From IMG/VR virus record IMGVR_UViG_3300023174_000173, positions 1 through 62,053 of that record: a stretch of 62,053 nucleotides of DNA. One strand, written 5' to 3'. The notes beneath the pieces were generated by a model. That model did no database searches and had not been told where the DNA came from. It saw only the letters and a list, made by a program, of their open reading frames with translations. Source of the stretch: a virus (lineage: Duplodnaviria > Caudoviricetes). Of this stretch, positions 57,101-62,053 are shown in pieces; position 1 is the stretch's first letter, and the number at the start of each line of letters is the position of its first letter. Both the position numbers and the translations under genes were made by a program.

Positions 57101-57490
57101 AGCCACCAAGGGTGCTGCCATATAGGGTATAGCTTGCCCTGCGAGTGTTTTGGCGTATTCCCAAGGGGATTCAGTAAATTCAGGTAGTTGGGCTTCTTGT
57201 GCGGCGCGTGCTCTTTTTTGTTTAGCAAATTCTTCTGCGCCAGAGACTCCAAAAGCCGCGCCAATAGCGCCAATATCACCTAAGCCAGATTGAACACCCG
57301 ACTTTAAACCCGCAATAAAACCTGTCTTGGGGGCGTTAGATGCGCCCATAAGATGTTGAACAAGTTCTGAATCGCTATACCCAGCCTGTCTTGCGCCAGC
57401 GGTATCAAATTTATTTTGTTGCCCAAGATAATCCGCAACCTCAGTTAACGAATACCCAGAACGAAGCGCACCTTCTACGTCAAACGCCAT
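51182..57490 (-). CDS. Large polyvalent ejection protein: zincin peptidase (MPTase), ART-PolyVal-like ADP-ribosyltransferase, LPD38-like C-terminus
   Basis: HETLGHYG...EEVLAE; KWFG.S.V...VMYHGT...IFVT...DG...PSQIKS; ERDKNYIIP..IP...E. Confidence 0.75.
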   Translation of the reverse strand: MAFDVEGALRSGYSLTEVADYLGQQNKFDTAGARQAGYSDSELVQHLMGASNAPKTGFIAGLKSGVQSGLGDIGAIGAAFGVSGAEEFAKQKRARAAQEAQLPEFTESPWEYAKTLAGQAIPYMAAPLVAAFAAPEAALGTVAGVALTGADLAATAAGATQFFGSNLSRQLEEGKSAKDLDIASAAAAAPFQAALDTVGLKFIPGLRKIFGEAGEKLTDEQLRAVMKTRMTETLANKVVNYGAKAVQTSGVEGFTEAGQAVLERAQAGLNITDPEARKEYFDNFLGGAVLGGGLSVPGHAIERSSQQGQYENLLRKDAAEAAKQKAAETTTTTDTGMGFKPLSMLPDTYAEAVQEVERLKQETQTEETKARIAELEAYKQRLLTEDIEELRRNPNAEPKSLEDQIKNQSVVQGEFREMADLPTREVTAAEETPVVEKEMPTVLEADTLNATGLSRQSGIYKQLVGKDLTNLEDLDAVMQIVERAKTNPNLTSETKQALDSIATNAFNVYGKQAEMFGPRGRVLEPIKPGKITPVQQKIDEITKGKDLADPAQVEAIRAALTDYANAPNRSAEAIAEVSTFLDTLPSSTPEATDVLKPTESIDTTSEPSTTVANKRRKVSSKGVTTPDGNGVDNTGTTAGQPNAGEATQPSALTQEENRLAKLAESAHEALKAELIRSDEAAAIEEKTAPPPAPKVKPPKGKISSNEAITKLMASGLQRSEATQYVRDVEEDGIVDAKDIASFVAQNSSQGLYRKGETPAPGEGMSQAQVQSIVDEVSKNWENAPKINVVQDIQELPQEIYQQMVRDKALDAPGLYDPETKIVYLIADNIASPKEAVLTLAHETLGHYGLRSILGHTYEKMMDDIYTGNAKVRGLADVKIKKGLDKRTAVEEVLAEMAEKDINNSAVQRVVNAIKQWLRKMGFPFGSISDTEIRALLANANRFVHGGKFRAGEEAFGNKPLYREGAFQKWFGNSVVRNENGTPKVMYHGTARDIHEFRAKQAGAIFVTEDPKFADSFTSMSEDYMRKELFNNATPEQKDKWIIEAAKIALANKSIQKTTFKDIANQTNINLREVPSPVQEKVRGILDAALPSRANIIPVYVSAQNPFDFSNPEHLAAIREYIDEAVKGKLTVNKRPQETLYTANRISQGSWDTIESKEVQAAIKAAGFDGFYVREGGRKNLAVYEPSQIKSIFNKGSYDPADKRILYRTNEQELTPAGEEAAALNERMKGAGNPKDTNPDSTLKKLLGVVQTREGQPSLGTRFRREFVDARATAVEKMEANFNNTLVDSLGQVRGDLAQIQAQDSAAFAEGAMEHGGIQISKDGLIEIVDRNATMGKVFDIMTKLGDRLGSLKTAMQLGHNAFIAQRAKELNAHNAKIAQDIVAAEAKGNNKAVEKLREMLITHYVTDEEIAAADEAMQKFPELKEAFKTFTEYKNNLIDFLVQTGRISQGKANEWKEAAGYVPWTRVEEEVNIFDESPASFKGGIANISKLRILDREGSHKEIANVFDNMIGLTSWAVKTGMNAYASRRMAESLPDAFEIKTPGALADAQKHKKDRLIFSYKDGERTAYLLGNALDRSAFASNIVTLGPILKTFSFAQSTLRSFVTHMPAFAVSQLIQDGTYRAMLLSGVKHPFSLPAKVAKNFMHAMAGKGIPLELARIGVSGVYDGMPQHAIDRARVKYGLEERKGFKKAWDKLEKFSLAADLAVRAAIYEQTINETKSAEMPEGDRRLALYRAKEYINFKHAGDSTVIGTLRHMVPFLNAYIQGMDILVRTMRGKGISMEEKRAAQKLFLATGLKIAAMSTLYAMLVGDDEDYKGLEEYERDKNYIIPGTGIKIPVAPEVGFMFKVIPERIVRYVVSQGTERPQDATAFYKGFKDAFVNAYGGTNLTPQLIKPSLEVLTNYSFFTGNPIVGINMAGKEAALQFTEGTSELAKLFGMVGVSPLKADYLIRGYTGMLGAFVLDATDAVANPDRMGKPVSKLPQLSTFMYDTMGRGYKSEFYTFRESVDHVVNSVNMFKSEGRMQELKEYLTEDKMKLYAMKGVVNKIETQLAILRKYKTIIAHDPQMPPDLKREKTDEILKQEKELLLAYNVPKLRGMAGL

Positions 57491-57505
57491 AGTGGCACCT
57501 ATAAA

Positions 57506-59137
57506 TTAAGTTGGGCGACGGAAACTATCGAGCGGTGCTCTATTACCCGTTGGGGCTGCGGCTGTAGCAGGTTGATTATTGGGAACAGCCATTCCAAATT
57601 TTTCTGCCAATCTTTGCGCGTAAGCCATTGCATCTTGTTGTAGCAACTGTGGGTTTTGCATGTATGTAGTACTACCTGCATAGTTTTTAATAAACGAATC
57701 CGACGCATCGATCAACATTTTTGTACGGGCGTTATCAAGATTACCTTGTTTAATAACATTAGCGTTGTACATTGAAGCAGTGTGTGCGAGTTGCCCCACT
57801 TGTAGTTGGATTTGATGTCCTTCTTTTGCGCTTGCTCTTTGTTGTTCAGTGGAATAATTGTGCGCTTTAACTTGTTCTTGAGTGTTATAAACATGTGCAG
57901 ATGCCAACGCACTAGTTTTTGCCAATTCATTTTCAGCGTTAAATTCCGCCAATTTAGCAGCGTCGAATTTATCCCGCATTTTATCGCGTGTAGCTCTATC
58001 AGCGGCGCTATCGGTTTTCTTGGCTTGGTTTTCTGCAACGCGCAATGCTTCCGCACGTTCTTCGAGTTTTTCTTTTGCCGAACGTAAATCTTTAACGTCA
58101 TTCTTATAGGTGCTAAGAGCAGCTTTACCTGATTCCCCTATTTTTTGGGCTTCTTCCCCTTTTTTAGCACCGATTAACCCAAGACCAAAATTCATCAAAG
58201 CTTCGCCACCAGCCCGGCTCTTAAGATCAGCTAATTCATTTTGCTTGCCTTCAATGCGTTTAATCTGATCCGCAGTTAAATTTTTGTTATAACCTTCCGC
58301 CGCTTCTCCTGCTTCACGTTCCCCCTTAATAGTTGCAAGGTCGCTTACTGTTGGCATATCCAATTTTCCACCCTTAATTTTTACGGCGTTTGGATTGAAC
58401 TCGCCAAGCTTAGGTGGTTCTACAGGTGTACTAGGGGGCATAGCGGATGCACGAGGAGCAGCAGCACGTTCAGAACGTACAGGGGGTAAAGCATTACGGT
58501 CGTTAGGTGTGTTAAATGGGTTTGTATCGGTAGGTGTTGTAACGGGCTTAGTAAATGAAGCGCTACCACGAGTTGCTTCGCTTGGATATGATGCAGCGGT
58601 GCTATTGATTAAAGCTGCGCGACCTTGTTCTAATCTGCGGCGATCATAATCAGAAAGGTTTGGGCGTTGTAATTCTTGTTCAATATATTGAAGATTTTCA
58701 TTATTACGTGCAGCAGAAGACGCTTGCCCCGGAAGTTCATTATTCTGGAACATACCTAAAATTGACCCTTGAGGAAATCTAAAACCACCTTCTCCATATC
58801 TTGGCACGTCCCCGCCATCACCAAACGCAATAATGCCGCCACCAGCGTAATTACCTACATCGCCAGCAGGAAGACTTTCCATACCCGAAGGGGCTTGCGC
58901 CATTTGTTGCGGTTGAGCTTGTTGCTGCGGTTGTTGTGGTTGACCTTGAATTCCTAATAAATCTTGCGCAACCGTTGTCTCTGGCGGCTTTGAATTTTGC
59001 TCTTGGATATGTCTAATCATGTTGCCAGCCATGACCGCTTTAATAGGATCAATAAGCTTTAAATCGGCTAAGTTTTTAAGCTGGGCTACACTGTACTTGG
59101 TAGCGAGAGATTGAATCTCTTGGATATTTTGCAGCAT
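57506..59137 (-). CDS. Ejection/internal virion protein
   Basis: Helical, A/Q-rich; YAGGGIIAFGDGG motif; position. Confidence 0.65.
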   Translation of the reverse strand: MLQNIQEIQSLATKYSVAQLKNLADLKLIDPIKAVMAGNMIRHIQEQNSKPPETTVAQDLLGIQGQPQQPQQQAQPQQMAQAPSGMESLPAGDVGNYAGGGIIAFGDGGDVPRYGEGGFRFPQGSILGMFQNNELPGQASSAARNNENLQYIEQELQRPNLSDYDRRRLEQGRAALINSTAASYPSEATRGSASFTKPVTTPTDTNPFNTPNDRNALPPVRSERAAAPRASAMPPSTPVEPPKLGEFNPNAVKIKGGKLDMPTVSDLATIKGEREAGEAAEGYNKNLTADQIKRIEGKQNELADLKSRAGGEALMNFGLGLIGAKKGEEAQKIGESGKAALSTYKNDVKDLRSAKEKLEERAEALRVAENQAKKTDSAADRATRDKMRDKFDAAKLAEFNAENELAKTSALASAHVYNTQEQVKAHNYSTEQQRASAKEGHQIQLQVGQLAHTASMYNANVIKQGNLDNARTKMLIDASDSFIKNYAGSTTYMQNPQLLQQDAMAYAQRLAEKFGMAVPNNQPATAAAPTGNRAPLDSFRRPT

Positions 59138-59139
59138 GA

Positions 59140-60150
59140 TTATTTATCCTTTACCATATTATCTAAAGCCATACCCATCAAGCCGCCTTCTTTTGCGAAC
59201 GCTTTATACGCACCCAACCCAGTTGCTCCTAGACCCGCAGCAGTCGCCCATCCAGAAGCGGGGGCGGTGTATTGGGATTGTGTTTGTCCACCAAGAGGTG
59301 CGCCACGTATCATATCCGACATGAACGCTAACTGTTGTTGTGGGTAGCCACGTTGAGTAAGGAAGTCTTGGTACTGCTGTTGTAGTCTCTGTTGCTCTAA
59401 ACCTTGCTGTTGCCCACCTGCTTGCATACGTGCGTTCATAGCCGCTTGTTGTTGCCCAAACTGAGTCTGGCCTAGTTGCCCCATAGTATTAGCCGCTTGC
59501 AGACTTTGACCGTAACCTTGCAGACCTAATTGAGAACCAAACTGTTGCGCTTGTTGTGCGTTTTGGAATGCGTTTTGCATCCCTGTGCCATAGATATTGT
59601 TTTGTAATTGTCCTAAATTACGTTGGCGTTCCGCTTCTTGCAAGCCAAAACGTGATCCACCAAAAGCACCTGCATGTGCTGCTTGCCCCGCATTTTGCTG
59701 CCCTGTAATTTCTGACTGACGACGAGCCTCATCCATTGCGGGGTTTAGCGCGTTTTGAATATATGGCGACATATACGCTTTAGTAGCATTCGGGTCTGTT
59801 GCCATGTTGTGGTAGTTCTGACCTGCTTGCAACGAACCAAGTCCCGCTTGCCCTGCTAACTGTGTGCCGTAACCAAGCTGCTGTGCGGGGCCTAGATTTT
59901 GGGCTTCACCAAACGCTTGATTTTGCAAATCAGAAAACCCAGCAATACGTTCCCCACCATACGGTTGATATGGGGTTTGCGAAAGCGCTTCAGCTTTACC
60001 CAGTGTACGTTCAAGATACGGCCTTACGTATTCAGGTATGTTTACATTGGTGACTGTTTGATTAGATGGTGGTTGGCCTCCACCACCGCCACCCGGGTAG
60101 AGACGGTTATTGCCGTTTATGTAGCCGTTGAATTTATTGCGAATAATCAT
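59140..60150 (-). CDS. Ejection/pilot protein (Q/G-rich)
   Basis: GGGGG, PY.G.RIA, YMSPY, GAFGGSR, C-terminal hydrophobic GLGATGLG. Confidence 0.7.
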   Translation of the reverse strand: MIIRNKFNGYINGNNRLYPGGGGGGQPPSNQTVTNVNIPEYVRPYLERTLGKAEALSQTPYQPYGGERIAGFSDLQNQAFGEAQNLGPAQQLGYGTQLAGQAGLGSLQAGQNYHNMATDPNATKAYMSPYIQNALNPAMDEARRQSEITGQQNAGQAAHAGAFGGSRFGLQEAERQRNLGQLQNNIYGTGMQNAFQNAQQAQQFGSQLGLQGYGQSLQAANTMGQLGQTQFGQQQAAMNARMQAGGQQQGLEQQRLQQQYQDFLTQRGYPQQQLAFMSDMIRGAPLGGQTQSQYTAPASGWATAAGLGATGLGAYKAFAKEGGLMGMALDNMVKDK

Positions 60151-60548
60151 AATTTTGTCCCTACAATTCTATATTTCTCTTCTAGGCCGTATTTAAGCCA
60201 TAAACGAGCAACGGATTCTCGCGCCGCGCCCTCAATGTAAGTTGCACCAAAAACTTTTAGTAAGTCTTTAAACTGCAAAAAAGTATCCTGATTTGAAATA
60301 AGCTTGCCACCCATCGCAACTACAAACGCCACACGGTCATTAGGGCGGTTAAAAAAATTAACAACTGCCGCGCCTTTAATACCAGAATCATCCACCGCCA
60401 CAATAAGAATCCATGCACCGCTAGATAAAAAAGTTTTTACATGTTCTAACGTATAGTCAGTCTGGTAATCAAGCGCTAACTTAATGTAGTCTTCTACTAA
60501 AAGCCACGTATGGTGGATATACGCTGTATCTACGTGTTGTATTTTCAT
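60147..60548 (-). CDS. GNAT-fold acyltransferase-like protein
   Basis: W..V..YI..AL, GAAVV.F, MGG, GAT.IEG.AR....RLW..YG; ATGA-coupled on both sides. Confidence 0.6.
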   Translation of the reverse strand: MKIQHVDTAYIHHTWLLVEDYIKLALDYQTDYTLEHVKTFLSSGAWILIVAVDDSGIKGAAVVNFFNRPNDRVAFVVAMGGKLISNQDTFLQFKDLLKVFGATYIEGAARESVARLWLKYGLEEKYRIVGTKL

Positions 60549-62053
60549 GCTGGTAAAAGGCGTTCAGCTTTGCTATTAACGGCAACATTACCTTTACCTA
60601 CGCTTTTTTTACGAGCGCCCTGCACACGATCCATCATTGCATACAACTTACGAGCACCCGCTTCGGTGGAACCATTACCAATCTCTGACACAATCCGGGC
60701 AGGTATAACGAATTCACCATCAGCAAGACGAGCGGGCTGACGATTGCCAATAGAAGCAGGGATAGAATCACTGACACCATCACCCGGCCCACGCAGTAAA
60801 CGGCCTCCATCTGAGTACCCTCCTAAATTGGATATACCACCAGCAGCCATGCCTCGAACACCGGGACCCCCAGTTTGTGTAAACTGTTGATTATCTGGGT
60901 TGTAACTGTATTGATATCCTGCGGATTGGTTTGGATCGTGTTGTAATCTATTGATCATGCCCATACTACCAAGCCCCATACCACTAAGCCCATTAAATTC
61001 TGGTTGTTGTGGCATTAGCTGCGGTGCAGACAATTGTGTAAATTGTTGTGTATCTGGGTTGTAATCGTATTTATATTCACCAACCATTTGTGGTTCTGGA
61101 GCGTTAAAATTAAGCCCGCCCAAACCCGTCCCACCCATTCCACTCATTCCATTAATTCTATTTGGGCTTACGCTTCCACCATCAGCCATAAGTTGTTCGC
61201 CTGTATATGGATCAACTTTAGTATCTACGCTTTGACTAACTACATTGGTAGATGTTGGCTGTTGCGCCATCATTGGATTAGAGTATGTAGCTGTTTGCAT
61301 ACCAGCTTGTGGATACATGGCGTTATTACCTACCGCATTTTGTGCGGACATTTCTTCAACAGGGCCACCTACCGCTAGATTTGTTAGCCCACCCTCAGCT
61401 ACTCGCTGAATAGGTAAAGCCTCTAAACCACCAGTAAAATAGTTACGCTCCGCAGTACTACCTCCGCTATAAGGACGGTAATAATCAACGTTTTGGTTGA
61501 CAGTTCTATTATCTTGATATGGGCGTATATTTGCTGGAGGAGGTTTTTGGGTTTGATATTGTTTTGGTTTAAGGGCGTTATAAGCTAATAGCCCCGCACC
61601 GGCAGTTAAGTAAGGATGCTCAGAAGCAAAACCTTTTATGTTTTCCCAGTTAGGTTTATTAAATAACTGTTTAGTATCCGCCCATGCATCGCCCGACATA
61701 CCGGGTTTAACGGCTGTTTTTATGCCACCTTCAGTAACAACATTTGGCGCTGCATTTACTGCGTTTGGTGTAGCTAATTCATAACCAGCAGGTGTCGTGG
61801 TGTTAGGATTAAGGAACGAATTAGTAACAGGTTCAGCAGGAGGAGTAGGTACAACAGGGGCAGCGTTAGCTGTTTGCGCAACTTGCGGGGCTATAGTATT
61901 TAATACATCCGCTTGCGCTTGACCAAGAGCTTGAAAGTTTGCTGGTGCGCCTGTAGCCGCTTGTTGTATAGCAGTTTGACTTGCGGAAGGAAGGGCATTA
62001 CCTATCCCCGAGTTCGCTAAATAATTAGCGGGGTTAAACCCAGACATGATACC
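60545..62053 (-). CDS. C-terminal part of the origin-spanning ejection/internal protein
   Basis: Several xAxGG motifs; C-terminal GPGDGVSDSIPA...LADGEFVIPA domain. Confidence 0.8.
   Translation of the reverse strand, partial: GIMSGFNPANYLANSGIGNALPSASQTAIQQAATGAPANFQALGQAQADVLNTIAPQVAQTANAAPVVPTPPAEPVTNSFLNPNTTTPAGYELATPNAVNAAPNVVTEGGIKTAVKPGMSGDAWADTKQLFNKPNWENIKGFASEHPYLTAGAGLLAYNALKPKQYQTQKPPPANIRPYQDNRTVNQNVDYYRPYSGGSTAERNYFTGGLEALPIQRVAEGGLTNLAVGGPVEEMSAQNAVGNNAMYPQAGMQTATYSNPMMAQQPTSTNVVSQSVDTKVDPYTGEQLMADGGSVSPNRINGMSGMGGTGLGGLNFNAPEPQMVGEYKYDYNPDTQQFTQLSAPQLMPQQPEFNGLSGMGLGSMGMINRLQHDPNQSAGYQYSYNPDNQQFTQTGGPGVRGMAAGGISNLGGYSDGGRLLRGPGDGVSDSIPASIGNRQPARLADGEFVIPARIVSEIGNGSTEAGARKLYAMMDRVQGARKKSVGKGNVAVNSKAERLLPA

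Overview
The window looks like a complete, circularly permuted ~62.0 kb tailed dsDNA phage genome of podovirus-like (P22/N4-type head-tail) architecture. Bases 1-17 equal bases 62037-62053, and a virion ORF reads in frame across the junction. There are two divergent arms. The minus-strand late arm (27.1 kb to 1, continuing 62.0 kb to 51.2 kb) encodes TerS, TerL, portal, GroES, scaffold, capsid, small basic proteins, adaptors, tail fibres, lysis genes, GNAT-fold proteins and ejection proteins, including a 2102-aa polyvalent protein. The plus-strand early/replication arm (27.5-51.1 kb) carries a candidate ori, an AAA-vWA/peptidase-DUF3150 module, a glycosyl- and methyltransferase pair, PolA, a Cas4-like nuclease, an SNF2 helicase, SSB and a primase-helicase. 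I saw no integrase, RNA polymerase, tRNA or CRISPR array. A freshwater proteobacterial host is only an inference. Most notable: (1) a candidate ~58-nt sRNA at 51.13-51.18 kb whose loop is complementary to the YTTGGAGAA ribosome-binding site shared by 8 early/middle genes; (2) a 25-bp palindrome repeated six times in the early region; (3) two ejection proteins that share an 18-aa leader, each translationally coupled to its own GNAT-fold gene; (4) several pseudoknot or cloverleaf RNA elements; (5) a Lys/Arg-free acidic protein in a terminator-bounded cassette; (6) a probable AUU start codon in the lysis cluster. All family assignments come from motif recognition, not database searches.
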